A DNA stretch of 64,000 nucleotides, from NCBI GenBank assembly GCA_024405635.1, contig JAKSOL010000008.1, positions 1 through 64,000 of the forward strand, written 5' to 3'. Origin of the DNA: Salinivirgaceae bacterium. Its GTDB lineage: Bacteria; Bacteroidota; Bacteroidia; Bacteroidales; SZUA-534. The notes below the pieces were generated by a model. That model saw nothing but the letters and a program-made list of their open reading frames with translations, did not search any database and was not told where the DNA came from. Made by a program: the position numbers and the translations under genes. This document shows, piece after piece, positions 30,146 to 40,899 of the stretch. Numbering within the stretch: position 1 is the first letter of the stretch; the number at the start of each line of letters is the position of its first letter.

Positions 30146-31324
30146 ATGAAAGCTTTACGATTACTCACATCAATGTTAATGTGTACAACATTGAGCAATG
30201 CATTTGCACAACAATCAAATGTTAATCTTACACACTGTCCGCAAAAAGACACCGAAGGACTAATACCATTTAGTGCCCCACTTAATTCGCCACAAGTATT
30301 TGACGACCACACTGTACTATTTCAAGTTAAAGCACCCAAAGCAACCGAAGTAAAGCTATCGGGAGCCATGCTAACAGTGATGAATGTACGCGAACCAATA
30401 CCATTCACCAAAGGCGAAGACGGTATTTGGACACTAAAAATAGGTCCACTACCAGTTGATATGTACCAATACAACATTGTGATTGATGGAGTTAGCACGG
30501 CCGATCCAAACAACACCTATGCAGCTTTTACTGCCATGCCTCCATACAGCGAACTTATTGTTCATGGTGATGGCCCACAATGGTACGATGCAAAACCTGG
30601 AGTACCACACGGCTCAACTACTCGCCACATATATCACAGCACAGTTACAAATGGTGAGCGCGAAATTTATGTTTATACCCCACCAATGTACAACCCCAAA
30701 AAAGCATACCCAGTACTTTACTTAATGGGAGGTAGCGGCGAACTACCTTCAAACTGGATTTATGACGGCCGTGTTAACTTTATTATGGACAACTTGATTG
30801 CCGAAGGTAAAGCCAAACCTATGATTATTGCCATTGTAAACAACCAAGTTGTGCACCGCAACCATCCAAAACACGCCGAACTCACCTTTGATGTGTTTGG
30901 TCGCGAAATGCGTGAGTGTGTTATTCCTTTCATCGACAAAACTTACAAAACCATTGCCACACCCAAAGGCCGTGCAATTTCAGGCTTATCAATGGGAGGC
31001 CGACACTCAATGTTTGTAGGTTTAAACGCTCTTGATTTGTTTGCAAACTTTGGCATACTAAGCGCTGGCGATACCGACTGCGAAAACACTATAGGCAAAT
31101 TTCTTAACGACCCAAAAGCAAACGAAAAAGTTGATTATCTGTTTGTTGGGCAAGGCTCAAAAGAAGAATCAAGTTTCTTTAATGTTCGCGTTAAAGGGCT
31201 TACCGATGCGCTTGACAAACACAATATAAAGTACGAATACTATGCAGGCGGTATTGGTGCCCACGATTGGTCAACATGGCGCCACTTACTTTACTATAAG
31301 TTCTTACCAGGACTCTGGAAATAA
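30146..31324 (+). CDS. CBM48-CE1 esterase (feruloyl/acetyl xylan esterase family)
   Basis: VYTPPMY, YPVLYL, GLSMGG and HDWSTWR motifs; signal peptide. Confidence 0.88.
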   Translation: MKALRLLTSMLMCTTLSNAFAQQSNVNLTHCPQKDTEGLIPFSAPLNSPQVFDDHTVLFQVKAPKATEVKLSGAMLTVMNVREPIPFTKGEDGIWTLKIGPLPVDMYQYNIVIDGVSTADPNNTYAAFTAMPPYSELIVHGDGPQWYDAKPGVPHGSTTRHIYHSTVTNGEREIYVYTPPMYNPKKAYPVLYLMGGSGELPSNWIYDGRVNFIMDNLIAEGKAKPMIIAIVNNQVVHRNHPKHAELTFDVFGREMRECVIPFIDKTYKTIATPKGRAISGLSMGGRHSMFVGLNALDLFANFGILSAGDTDCENTIGKFLNDPKANEKVDYLFVGQGSKEESSFFNVRVKGLTDALDKHNIKYEYYAGGIGAHDWSTWRHLLYYKFLPGLWK

Positions 31325-31341
31325 TTAGCAATCAAAACCAT

Positions 31342-31380
31342 AGCAAAGGAGAGGAATTTCATTCTTCTCCTTTGTTGTTT
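31342..31380 (+). terminator. Intrinsic terminator
   Basis: AGCAAAGGAGA/TCTCCTTTGTT stem. Confidence 0.7.
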
Positions 31381-31524
31381 ATAAGCAATTGAGAGAAGCA
31401 TCCATTTCAGTCTGCAATTGAAGCAAACAACACAAGTTGTTCATTATCTTGTACAAAACATACAATATTAGTTTGCCGTTAATTGGTACCGATAATTATT
31501 TTTGCATACCAAACACCAAATTGA

Positions 31525-33228
31525 ATGACAAACAAACTAGCCCGAATCGTATTCTTTTTGCTTGTTTTGATAAGTGCAACACCAAACCTACTATCAGCCC
31601 AAAGTAGTCGTTACACTCGTCAAAGCTGGGACCAAAGAATTATTGAACAACATTTTAAGCGATACAAGCCACAAACAGCCAATGATTCAGCTTACTATCA
31701 GGCATACCAATATTTAAACTACGAATTCCCTCGCGACACATCAAACCTATCATTCAGCAACTTTACAAAACTGGTACTAAGTAACCGCCCCGCTACTGAA
31801 TTATATTGGTTCAATAAATTCTACGACACTGTTCGCATCAATTGGAACAAGCATGCCACCTTTATGGCAGACTTGCGTATGCAGTTTCACTTATTAAAAA
31901 TGCTTGATACTCTTGACATTTCAAGTGCCGACTCACTTTTTGAAGATGTGCTTGCAATTATTGCCGACGAAGAGCAAATAAACTACGATAGTTTAATTAG
32001 GAATACACGAACCATTTATTCCGAAGACTTAGTAAAAGCAATAAAGATGAACATCGATAAGGTGAAAAAATCAAACATTTTTTCGCAAATACGAACCCTA
32101 CGGCGCGACACCACTAACTTTTATCTGGTAAACGTAAAAGGCGACTCGATGCCAATTAGAATGTACAAAAACAACCCGCACGTTGTTCGAACATACATAA
32201 CCGACATGATGGGAGGCGAAGAGCCTGTTATAATACGCGACATTCACCGCAATTCGTTTCGGCTTATAATAAACGAAAGCCCCGAACGAACCGATAACAA
32301 TGTTGACATAACCAAGCAAGTGTTTGGCGAAATGTTAGCATCAAACACCAATAGGACATTATTAAGAGACCACCGACAACCTCCTCCTGAAACCAATTTT
32401 TGGCGTAAAGGTGGAAAAGTGATGATTGATTTTGCTCAAATAGGACAAGTACATTGGGTAAAAGGTGACAAATCGTCAATTTCATTACAAACTCGCGTAA
32501 CTCTATTTGCAAACTACAAACGAGGCTCGCACGAGTGGAACAACGATGGCGACTTTAAGTATGGCGCTATTCACCAAAAAGACAAAGGGCTTAGAACCAA
32601 CAACGACCTTATAAGGGTGACCAGCAACTACGGTTACAAAGCCTTTTCAAAATTCTATTATAGTGCCCAAGGTGAATTTAAATCGCAGTTTGGCCCCATT
32701 TACCAATACGATGGCGAAAACCACCGAACAGCTCTGCTTACACAGTTTTTTGCACCTGCTTGGCTCACATTTGGTGCTGGTATGGAATACAAGCGCAGCA
32801 AAGATTTTACAATATTCGTATCACCTCTCACATCAAAAAATACATTTGTTATAAGTGACCAAAACAAAAAATTTCACGTAAACAAATCAACCTACAATAT
32901 TGAGAAAGATAAAAGCGTGCGAAGTGAAACTGGTTTAAAATTAAAGTGCTATCACAAGACCAAAATACTTGAAGATGTTACAATATCTAACACTTTAGAA
33001 CTCTTTTCAAACTACTTCAACAACCCACAAAATATTGACGTTGACTGGAACTTTGAATCAACCATTCCAATAAACGAATACCTACAAGCAATGTTCTCGT
33101 TTGAGGCTATTTACGACGACGACATTGATGTGCCAACCAACAAAACTGACGAAAACGGTAAAGTTATAACAACAAAAGGCACTCAAATAAAAGAACAACT
33201 TAAGCTTGGATTTGTTTTCAAATTCTAG
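31525..33228 (+). CDS. DUF3078 domain outer-membrane protein
   Basis: C-terminal beta-barrel-like domain (FKSQF, FFAPAWLTFGAG, LELFSNY..PQNIDVDW, IYDDD) ending in Phe; signal peptide. Confidence 0.8.
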   Translation: MTNKLARIVFFLLVLISATPNLLSAQSSRYTRQSWDQRIIEQHFKRYKPQTANDSAYYQAYQYLNYEFPRDTSNLSFSNFTKLVLSNRPATELYWFNKFYDTVRINWNKHATFMADLRMQFHLLKMLDTLDISSADSLFEDVLAIIADEEQINYDSLIRNTRTIYSEDLVKAIKMNIDKVKKSNIFSQIRTLRRDTTNFYLVNVKGDSMPIRMYKNNPHVVRTYITDMMGGEEPVIIRDIHRNSFRLIINESPERTDNNVDITKQVFGEMLASNTNRTLLRDHRQPPPETNFWRKGGKVMIDFAQIGQVHWVKGDKSSISLQTRVTLFANYKRGSHEWNNDGDFKYGAIHQKDKGLRTNNDLIRVTSNYGYKAFSKFYYSAQGEFKSQFGPIYQYDGENHRTALLTQFFAPAWLTFGAGMEYKRSKDFTIFVSPLTSKNTFVISDQNKKFHVNKSTYNIEKDKSVRSETGLKLKCYHKTKILEDVTISNTLELFSNYFNNPQNIDVDWNFESTIPINEYLQAMFSFEAIYDDDIDVPTNKTDENGKVITTKGTQIKEQLKLGFVFKF

Positions 33229-33279
33229 TTTTGTGCTACCCTTATTAAATCATTACTACTTTTGCAAAAAATCTTACAA

Positions 33280-35007
33280 ATGAAAAAATACACAGTCGCA
33301 TTAATCTGCATAATTCCAGCAGTATTATTGTTTTTATTTTACCAATTTCACTATTGGGGAATGCTCCACTACAGCGAGCAATACCAAATATTTTTATTTA
33401 CTAAGAAATTCCTATCTGACCATTTATGGTACCCAGGAGGAATAATGGATTACTTAGGACAATTCCTTACCCAATTTTTCATTTTTCGCTCTTGGGGAAG
33501 TATAATAATGGCTATTTGCTTTGGCTTAGGAACATATCTAGTTCATTTATTCACAAAAAGCACCAATGCCAATTACAACAAAGACCTACAAGCGCTCGTT
33601 TTGGTACCAATGGCGGCAACTTGGGCATTTATGGTTACCAACTACGCAAACCTTTCGTTTGCGCTATCCATGATTGTATCTATTGCCTTTGCCGTACTCT
33701 ACACTCGCATCAACAATAAATACTCAAACATAATTCTCTTACCATTAGTTTATTGGGCTACATGTTATGGCGTGTTTGTATATGCTGCCCTATGCCTAAT
33801 ATGGCACATTGGCAAAAAGCACAGCAACCTTTCGGCTCTCACATTGCTAACAGCTCTTTATGTTGCAGTAATTTTACTAACAACATACCACTTCAACTCA
33901 CTACGGTTCCATAGCCTATGTTTTGGTTGGCATTTTAATAAAAACCCAATTGAACACCTAAACAGCGAATTCTTTGCAATGATTGTAACAGTTGCAACAC
34001 CTGCAGCACTACTTTTCATTAACAAAGTGCAATACAAATGGATTATTAACGCAGTAATAGTTGCAGCATCGGTAGGTTACATTTACAAAATGCAAATGCC
34101 ACTAATGAATCAGATGTACAAATTGAACTACCACGCACAAAACGAACAATGGAAAAGCATTTTGAAATACGACGAAGAAAAACTGATTCGCCACGATTTG
34201 ACACTTGCAACCCGCAACCTTGCTTTAGCAAAAACCAACCGCTTGCTCGACGAAATGTTTGACATTGAGCAATCTGACTATCAATGCCTTTTGCCAGATT
34301 GGCACTACGACTTTGTAACACCAGTATTTCTTGGTGAAATAATGTACAATTTAAGCAATGTAAGTTTAGCTCAACGTTACTTCTCCGAGTGCAACAACGC
34401 AATATCTGACTATCAGAAATCAGCAAAATGCTATGTGCGAATGACCGAATGTTCAATGCTAAATCGCGAAGAAAAACTAACCCGAAAAAATGCCCGAATA
34501 CTACAGAATACATTGTTCTATAAAAATTTTGCGGACTCAATCTTATACATGTGCGACAACACAAATGAGATTATGAAAAACAAAAAATACTCGCAAATGA
34601 TTAACAATGGCTACAAAATTGATGCATTATACTTCAAAACCGAGCCAGAACAAATGTTAAAAATTCAACTATTAGGCTCACCTCGCAACTATGTAGCCGT
34701 ACAATACCTGCTAGCTCTAAATTTGATTCGCAAAGACTTAGACGCGTTAATGCAAAACATGCAGTACTTGAAACCCTTTAACCCCAACTCAACACCACGA
34801 TACGTAGCTCAAGCACTAACAATTGTTTGGTACGAGTCAAAAAACAAAAACATAAACATCCCTGAGATATATAAACGCGAGATAACTGAGTTTATGCAAT
34901 TTGCACAAAACAATAGTTTTTCAGAAGTGACTGACCGCTACAAAAACTCATACTACTTCCATTATTATTGTAAAGATTACAAAAATGAAATATCTGCAGA
35001 AAATTAG
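33280..35007 (+). CDS. DUF6057 family membrane protein
   Basis: HYSEQYQIFLF, PGG..DYLGQFLTQFF and NLALAK motifs; TACTTTTG -7 element at 33257 supports the ATG at 33280. Confidence 0.8.
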   Translation: MKKYTVALICIIPAVLLFLFYQFHYWGMLHYSEQYQIFLFTKKFLSDHLWYPGGIMDYLGQFLTQFFIFRSWGSIIMAICFGLGTYLVHLFTKSTNANYNKDLQALVLVPMAATWAFMVTNYANLSFALSMIVSIAFAVLYTRINNKYSNIILLPLVYWATCYGVFVYAALCLIWHIGKKHSNLSALTLLTALYVAVILLTTYHFNSLRFHSLCFGWHFNKNPIEHLNSEFFAMIVTVATPAALLFINKVQYKWIINAVIVAASVGYIYKMQMPLMNQMYKLNYHAQNEQWKSILKYDEEKLIRHDLTLATRNLALAKTNRLLDEMFDIEQSDYQCLLPDWHYDFVTPVFLGEIMYNLSNVSLAQRYFSECNNAISDYQKSAKCYVRMTECSMLNREEKLTRKNARILQNTLFYKNFADSILYMCDNTNEIMKNKKYSQMINNGYKIDALYFKTEPEQMLKIQLLGSPRNYVAVQYLLALNLIRKDLDALMQNMQYLKPFNPNSTPRYVAQALTIVWYESKNKNINIPEIYKREITEFMQFAQNNSFSEVTDRYKNSYYFHYYCKDYKNEISAEN

Positions 35008-36460
35008 TGCGTTACTAATCGCCATAAGTTTATACTCATGTGGCAACGAAGAAGTTGATATCGTTAGCCAAATTGATAGCTATCCAGCCATTTACCCCGA
35101 TTACATAGGTGTAACTGTGCCAGTCAATATCTGTCCGCTCAATTTTGACCTTCAATCGTATGAATATCAAAAACTTGACGTAACCATTTCGTGCGGCAAC
35201 GACGAACTACACTACCAAAACAATGGTGCTATTGAAATTGACGAAAACAAATGGCACAAGTTATTAGCAAACCACACAATGGACAGCATTAAAGTTGAAG
35301 TTGCTGTTAAGATAGACGACAATTGGTATGGCCTAAAACCCTTCCACTTTTTTGTCGATAGTTCGAAACTCGACTATAGCATTGTGTACCGCCGAATTGC
35401 ACCTGCCTATGGTGTATTTTCCGACATTGGCATTTACCAACGCGAGATTAGTAGCTTTAAAGAATCCAACATCATTAATAGCAATCAATTGCAAAATGCG
35501 TGCATGAACTGCCACGCATTTAACCGTACTAATCCCGACAATATGCTGTTGCACATACGTGGCGAAATTTCTGGAACCATATACAAAAACAACGACACAG
35601 CCGAAATATATATCACTAAAACCGATAGTACCCTCAACAACTTTGCATATTCGTACTATCATCCAAATGGCCGATACATTGCATCAAGCATGAACACCAC
35701 TCGCCAAGTGTTCCGCACAGGACACTACCAACGACTTGATGTATTTGACTACCAAGCCGACATTGCAGTTTACGACCGCCTAACTTCAGAAATTTTGCCT
35801 GCTCCACACATCAAAACCAATGAGTTTTACGAAGATTTTCCAGTATTCTCAGCCGACGGCAAAAAAATTTATTTCTCGCGTTGCAAACTCGATAAACTAC
35901 CAGAGAATTTCCAAAAACTAAAATTCGACTTGTGCAGCGTGGACTTTGATGAAGAAACACGCACTATAGGCAAAGAAATAACCACCGTTATCAACGCCAA
36001 AAGCATGAATCTATCAGCAACCGAACCTCGTCCAAGCTACGACGGCAAATACATTATGTTCTGCATGATGGAGTATGGCGATTTTGCAATTTGGCACCGC
36101 AAATCCGACCTTTGGATATACGACATAGAGAAAGATACAAGTTATTGCCTAACCGCAGCCAATAGCACAGAAAGCGAAGCTTATCATAGTTGGAGCAAAG
36201 ACAACAAATGGTTTGTGTTTACATCTCGCCGGGGCGATGCCCTATACACTCAACTTTACTTTGCAAAAATGAACCCAGACGGAACTTGCACAAAACCATT
36301 CCTTCTACCTCAACGCAATCCTAAAGTTTATCAAGACGAAAATACACACTCATTTAATTGTCCAGAGTTTTGTAGCAAACCTTTGCCACTCAACAAATCT
36401 GAAATATTTGAAATGGCTTATAGCAAAGAACGCAAACACGTAAAATTCCTAACAGAATAA
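34985..36460 (+). CDS. TolB/PD40-like beta-propeller lipoprotein with a CxxCH motif
   Basis: Lipobox LYSC; PAIYPDY..VTVP.NI.PLNF, CMNCH, PVFSADG, SYDGK and HSWS..WFVFTSRR motifs. Confidence 0.82.
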   Translation: MKYLQKISALLIAISLYSCGNEEVDIVSQIDSYPAIYPDYIGVTVPVNICPLNFDLQSYEYQKLDVTISCGNDELHYQNNGAIEIDENKWHKLLANHTMDSIKVEVAVKIDDNWYGLKPFHFFVDSSKLDYSIVYRRIAPAYGVFSDIGIYQREISSFKESNIINSNQLQNACMNCHAFNRTNPDNMLLHIRGEISGTIYKNNDTAEIYITKTDSTLNNFAYSYYHPNGRYIASSMNTTRQVFRTGHYQRLDVFDYQADIAVYDRLTSEILPAPHIKTNEFYEDFPVFSADGKKIYFSRCKLDKLPENFQKLKFDLCSVDFDEETRTIGKEITTVINAKSMNLSATEPRPSYDGKYIMFCMMEYGDFAIWHRKSDLWIYDIEKDTSYCLTAANSTESEAYHSWSKDNKWFVFTSRRGDALYTQLYFAKMNPDGTCTKPFLLPQRNPKVYQDENTHSFNCPEFCSKPLPLNKSEIFEMAYSKERKHVKFLTE

Positions 36461-36470
36461 CACTAAAAAC

Positions 36471-36510
36471 AAAACGGGAAGACTCCATTAAGACTCTTCC
36501 CGTTTTTATT
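36471..36510. terminator. Bidirectional intrinsic terminator
   Basis: AAAACGGGAAGA/TCTTCCCGTTTT stem between convergent genes. Confidence 0.8.
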
Positions 36511-36528
36511 TAAAGCAAAGTTTAAAAA

Positions 36529-36738
36529 TCAATTTGCCATAACATCAACCACTCCCAAAAGCTCAGTTTTAACAGAATAATGAGTTTTAGCAAAAGCCAT
36601 CACCTTATCAACCGAAGATTGTCTAGGCGACAAATCGCTCTCAACAAAATCTAGCAATTTAGAATAAGGAACAGCATCGTTTTCGTCATTCATCTTTTCT
36701 TTAAAAAACAATGAAACATTAGTAGTTTTTTCACCCAT
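36529..36738 (-). CDS. Small hypothetical protein
   Basis: 69-aa ATG ORF ending at the bidirectional terminator; the SPRQSSVDKVMAFAK...VMAN tail resembles small Bacteroidetes proteins. Confidence 0.6.
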   Translation of the reverse strand: MGEKTTNVSLFFKEKMNDENDAVPYSKLLDFVESDLSPRQSSVDKVMAFAKTHYSVKTELLGVVDVMAN

Positions 36739-36835
36739 AAGCAGTTTTTTATAAAGTTACTTCTGAATAACGGCATATAGTTCAATATATTTTACACCAC
36801 ATAAAAAAAAGACCCAACATTAAAACAAAATAAAC

Positions 36836-37327
36836 ATGCAAGACATAGCCAACCAAATAGGAATTAAACTACTAAAAAACAAACAGACAATAGCCACCGC
36901 CGAAAGTTGCACAGGAGGAAATATTGCCCACCAGATAACACTAATACCCGGTAGCTCAGCATGGTACAAAGGTTCGATAATATCGTACGCTTGCGAAGTA
37001 AAAGAGAACATACTAAAAGTACCACATCAGCAAATTGAAACCTATGGCGTTGTAAGTACACAAGTAGCCGAATCGATGGCAAACGGTGTACGCACACTTT
37101 TAAATGTTGATTATGCAATAGCAACAACAGGAATTGCGGGGCCAACAGGAGGAAATGAACAAACACCTGTAGGCACAGTTTGCATTGCAATAGCAACACC
37201 ACAAAAAGTAGTTTCAAAGACCATTATTGCAGGCAATCAACGACACCAAAACATAGAAACATTTACACATGAAGCATTAAAATTTTTGCTTAACGAAATT
37301 ACAGTTAGCGACTGCAACAAGCAATAA
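36836..37327 (+). CDS. CinA C-terminal domain / nicotinamide-nucleotide amidohydrolase (PncC)
   Basis: TAESCTGG, PGSS, GVVS and TTGIAGPTGG motifs. Confidence 0.9.
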   Translation: MQDIANQIGIKLLKNKQTIATAESCTGGNIAHQITLIPGSSAWYKGSIISYACEVKENILKVPHQQIETYGVVSTQVAESMANGVRTLLNVDYAIATTGIAGPTGGNEQTPVGTVCIAIATPQKVVSKTIIAGNQRHQNIETFTHEALKFLLNEITVSDCNKQ

Positions 37328-37460
37328 ATCAACATATTGCACAACCATTATCACAACTCTTAAAATAGTGGATTTTTTTAGAGCAAACACTTGTTTTTTT
37401 GAATAAAAAGCACGTATTTTGCGAACCGATTTTTGAAAGAAAACCACAATAAATATTACG

Positions 37461-37703
37461 ATGTCAAGAGTTTGTCAAGTAACAGGAAAAAGAAGCATGG
37501 TAGGCAACAATGTTAGCCACTCAAATCTTAAAACCAAGAGAAAATTCCATGCCAATCTATTCAACAAGAAATTCTACTATCCAGAAGAAGATCGTTGGAT
37601 TACATTAAAAGTATCAGCCGCAGGTCTGAGAAACATTAACAAAAAAGGTCTTGCAGCAGTGCTGAAAGAAGCAACCGCAGCAGGTTTAATTAACAAGATT
37701 TAA
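37461..37703 (+). CDS. rpmB: 50S ribosomal protein L28
   Basis: [24 protein letters not shown]. Confidence 0.97.
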   Translation: MSRVCQVTGKRSMVGNNVSHSNLKTKRKFHANLFNKKFYYPEEDRWITLKVSAAGLRNINKKGLAAVLKEATAAGLINKI

Positions 37704-37714
37704 TACATAAAGAG

Positions 37715-37897
37715 ATGGCTAAGAAAGGCAATAGAGTTCAAGTTATCTTGGAATGCACCGAGCAAAAAGAGACTGGTGTCCCTGGAACATCAAGATACAT
37801 CACAACAAAGAATAGAAAAAATACCGCTGAGCGCTTGGAGTTGAAAAAATACAACCCAAACCTTAAGAGAGTAACTCTTCATAAAGAAATTAAATAG
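37715..37897 (+). CDS. rpmG: 50S ribosomal protein L33
   Basis: [10 protein letters not shown]...[20 protein letters not shown]. Confidence 0.97.
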   Translation: MAKKGNRVQVILECTEQKETGVPGTSRYITTKNRKNTAERLELKKYNPNLKRVTLHKEIK

Positions 37898-37905
37898 TAT
37901 AAATC

Positions 37906-38058
37906 ATGGCAAAGAAAGTTGTTGCAACCCTTAAGACTGGCGATTCAAAAGGATTTGCCAAGGTTATTAAAATGGTAAAATCGCCAAAAACTGGCGCATA
38001 CCAATTCAAAGAGGATATCGTTAACACCGAGCGTGTAAAAGATTTCTTCAAGAAATAA
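37906..38058 (+). CDS. DUF4295 small protein (absent from the ORF track)
   Basis: MAKKVVATLKTGDSKGFAKVIKMVKSPKTGAYQFKEDIVNTERVKDFFKK, in its usual position after rpmG. Confidence 0.9.
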   Translation: MAKKVVATLKTGDSKGFAKVIKMVKSPKTGAYQFKEDIVNTERVKDFFKK

Positions 38059-38078
38059 GATATTTTGCGATTCGCATC

Positions 38079-38114
38079 AAAAGCTTTCCTCGCTACGCGA
38101 AGAAAGCTTTTTTT
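38079..38114 (+). terminator. Intrinsic terminator of the rpmB-rpmG-DUF4295 operon
   Basis: AAAAGCTTTC/GAAAGCTTTT stem with a T-tract. Confidence 0.8.
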
Positions 38115-38148
38115 GTATTTTTGAGCATCAACTCACCAATTTATAACA

Positions 38149-39081
38149 ATGGGTATTTTTTCAATTTTTCAAAAAGAACGGCTTGACCAAGGTTTGGCCA
38201 AAACAAAAGAAAGCGTGCTTAAAAGAATTTCGCGCGCCATTGTAGGTAAGTCAACCGTAGATGACGACGTGCTTGACGATTTGGAAGAAGCCCTTATTAC
38301 TTCAGATGTTGGTGTTGACACTACTTTAAAAATTATTGAAAGCATTCAGTCGCGAGCAAAAAACGACAAATACCTAGGAACTAGTGAATTAAACAACATT
38401 CTACGCGACGAAATTGTTAAACTAATTGCAAACAAAAACACCCAATCTGATATAAAAACCGAAGATGGTTACCCTTATGTAATTTTGGTTGTTGGTGTTA
38501 ATGGCGCTGGAAAAACAACAACAATAGGCAAACTTGCCCACAAGTTTAAAAGCGAGGGCAAAAAAGTTTACATCGGAGCTGCCGACACTTTTAGAGCTGC
38601 CGCTATTGAACAACTTGAAGTTTGGGCCCAACGTGTTGATGTCCCAATTATTAAACAAAAAATGGGATCCGACCCTGCATCTGTTGCATTTGACGCATTA
38701 AGTTCTGCCACCAAAAATGGCGCCGACGTTGTGATTATTGACACCGCAGGCCGACTACATAACAAAGTGAACTTGATGAACGAGCTATCAAAAGTGCGCA
38801 AGGTTATGCAAAAAATAAATGTTAATGCTCCTCACGAAGTTATGCTTGTACTTGACGGCTCAACTGGACAAAATGCCTTTGAACAAGCAAAACAATTCAC
38901 TTTGGCAACCGAAGTAACTTCGTTAGCCATTACTAAACTCGACGGCACTGCAAAAGGTGGTGTTGTTATAGGCATTAGCGACCAATTCAAAATTCCCGTT
39001 AAATACATTGGTGTTGGCGAAGGCATTGACGACCTACAAGCATTTGATGCAGAAGCCTTTGTAAACACACTTTTCTCATAA
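38149..39081 (+). CDS. ftsY: Signal recognition particle receptor FtsY
   Basis: GVNGAGKTTT, DTFRAAA, DTAGRL and TKLDGTAKGG motifs. Confidence 0.97.
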   Translation: MGIFSIFQKERLDQGLAKTKESVLKRISRAIVGKSTVDDDVLDDLEEALITSDVGVDTTLKIIESIQSRAKNDKYLGTSELNNILRDEIVKLIANKNTQSDIKTEDGYPYVILVVGVNGAGKTTTIGKLAHKFKSEGKKVYIGAADTFRAAAIEQLEVWAQRVDVPIIKQKMGSDPASVAFDALSSATKNGADVVIIDTAGRLHNKVNLMNELSKVRKVMQKINVNAPHEVMLVLDGSTGQNAFEQAKQFTLATEVTSLAITKLDGTAKGGVVIGISDQFKIPVKYIGVGEGIDDLQAFDAEAFVNTLFS

Positions 39082-39088
39082 TACCATT

Positions 39089-40384
39089 ATGCCAAAAAGC
39101 GTAAACATATTCACCATGGGTTGCTCAAAAAACAGAGTTGACTCAGAAATGCTTATTCGCCAACTTACCGAAAATGGTTACGATGTTTACTATGAGGCCG
39201 AAAAGGGTAAATACGACTACGTAGCCATCAATACTTGCGGTTTTATTGACGATGCAAAAACAGAATCAATTGAAATAATACTCCATTATATTGAAGAAAA
39301 AGCCAAGAAAAAAGTTGGCAAAATTGTAGTATTTGGCTGTTTAAGTGAACGTTACAAAAACGATCTTATACAAGAAATGCCAGAAGTGGATGCTTGGTTT
39401 GGGAAATTTGAACTAGAAAAAATGCTTAACTACTTTGGTGCAAAGTACTACGACAACCTAATGCCGATGCGAACTGTTACCACACCAAAGCATTATGCAT
39501 ACGTAAAAATTTCAGAAGGATGCAACCGAACTTGTTCATTTTGCGCCATACCTCGCATTACTGGATGTTACAAATCGCGTAAAATGGAAGACATTATGGC
39601 TGAATGCCAATGTCTTGTAAACCAAGGAGCTAAAGAACTTATTCTAATTGCACAAGATTTGTCGTTTTATGGTTGCGACATTTACAAAAAACCTATGCTC
39701 GCCCAACTGATGGAGCAAATTGCCACCCAAATTAAAGGTTTGCATTGGCTACGAATTCATTACACATATCCAGCACACTTCCCTCTTGATGTACTCGATG
39801 TAATGGCCAAATATCCAAACATCTGTAAGTACATTGATATTGCGCTGCAGCACATAAGTACACCCGTGCTAAAAGCTATGCGCCGAAACATCGGAAAACA
39901 AGAAACCTTGGAACTTATTGATCAATTTCGCAAACGAGTACCCGGTTTAACATTGCGTACCACTTTGCTAGTTGGTCACCCTGGCGAAACCGAAGATGAT
40001 TTTGAACAGTTAGTGGACTTTGTTAAAAGTGTAAGATTTGATCGTTTAGGTGTTTTTGCATATTCAAACGAAGAAGGAACATACGCATTTGAAAACTACG
40101 ACGATAATATTCCGCAAGAAATAAAACAGCAACGTGTTGATGCAATAATGGAACTTCAACAAAAGATTTCGACCGAAATAAATCAACAAAAAATAGGAAA
40201 AGAAATTGAGGTGCTGATTGACAGAAAAGAAGGCGACTATTATGTTGGTCGTAGCCAAGGCGATTCGCCCGATGTTGATGGCGAAGTGTTGGTTGACGCA
40301 TCGGCAAAACTAAAATTAGGCGATTTTATAACTGCCAAAGTTTACGATGCAGACGAATATGATCTTTATGCTCAAATATTATAA
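39089..40384 (+). CDS. rimO: Ribosomal protein S12 methylthiotransferase RimO
   Basis: GCSKN.VDSE, NTCGFI, radical SAM CNRTCSFC and TRAM-region SPDVDG motifs. Confidence 0.95.
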   Translation: MPKSVNIFTMGCSKNRVDSEMLIRQLTENGYDVYYEAEKGKYDYVAINTCGFIDDAKTESIEIILHYIEEKAKKKVGKIVVFGCLSERYKNDLIQEMPEVDAWFGKFELEKMLNYFGAKYYDNLMPMRTVTTPKHYAYVKISEGCNRTCSFCAIPRITGCYKSRKMEDIMAECQCLVNQGAKELILIAQDLSFYGCDIYKKPMLAQLMEQIATQIKGLHWLRIHYTYPAHFPLDVLDVMAKYPNICKYIDIALQHISTPVLKAMRRNIGKQETLELIDQFRKRVPGLTLRTTLLVGHPGETEDDFEQLVDFVKSVRFDRLGVFAYSNEEGTYAFENYDDNIPQEIKQQRVDAIMELQQKISTEINQQKIGKEIEVLIDRKEGDYYVGRSQGDSPDVDGEVLVDASAKLKLGDFITAKVYDADEYDLYAQIL

Positions 40385-40444
40385 ACGGAGTAATTGAATA
40401 ATTTATATTTTAGAGGTCGTTACTAATACAATTAATCAATAAAT

Positions 40445-40879
40445 ATGGTAAACAAAGTTATTTTAGTAGGCAACGTAGGCAAGGATCCTGAAGTTCGCCA
40501 CCTAGACAATGGTGCAACCGTAGCATCATTTACACTTGCAACAACCGAAAGAGGTTACAAAACAGCAAACGGAACCGAAGTTCCTGAACGTACAGAATGG
40601 CACAACATTGTTGTGTGGCGCGGTTTGGCCGATGTTGCTGAAAAGTATGTAAGAAAAGGATCTCAACTATACATTGAGGGTAAAATTACTTATAGATCAT
40701 ACGATGCGAAAGATGGCGGTGGTAAACGCTACGTAACTGAAATTGTTGCCGACACAATGAATATGCTTGGCCGCAAAGGCGAAGGTTCAAGCAACAATGG
40801 CGGATATGCAGCAAGCGCAGCTGAACCTCAACCTTCGTTTGGTAATGCCCCAGAGCCAACTGACGACTTGCCATTTTAG
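40445..40879 (+). CDS. ssb: Single-stranded DNA-binding protein
   Basis: VNKVILVGNVGKDPE, TEWH and C-terminal DDLPF. Confidence 0.97.
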   Translation: MVNKVILVGNVGKDPEVRHLDNGATVASFTLATTERGYKTANGTEVPERTEWHNIVVWRGLADVAEKYVRKGSQLYIEGKITYRSYDAKDGGGKRYVTEIVADTMNMLGRKGEGSSNNGGYAASAAEPQPSFGNAPEPTDDLPF

Positions 40880-40899
40880 TTGAACGAACACATTAAATT

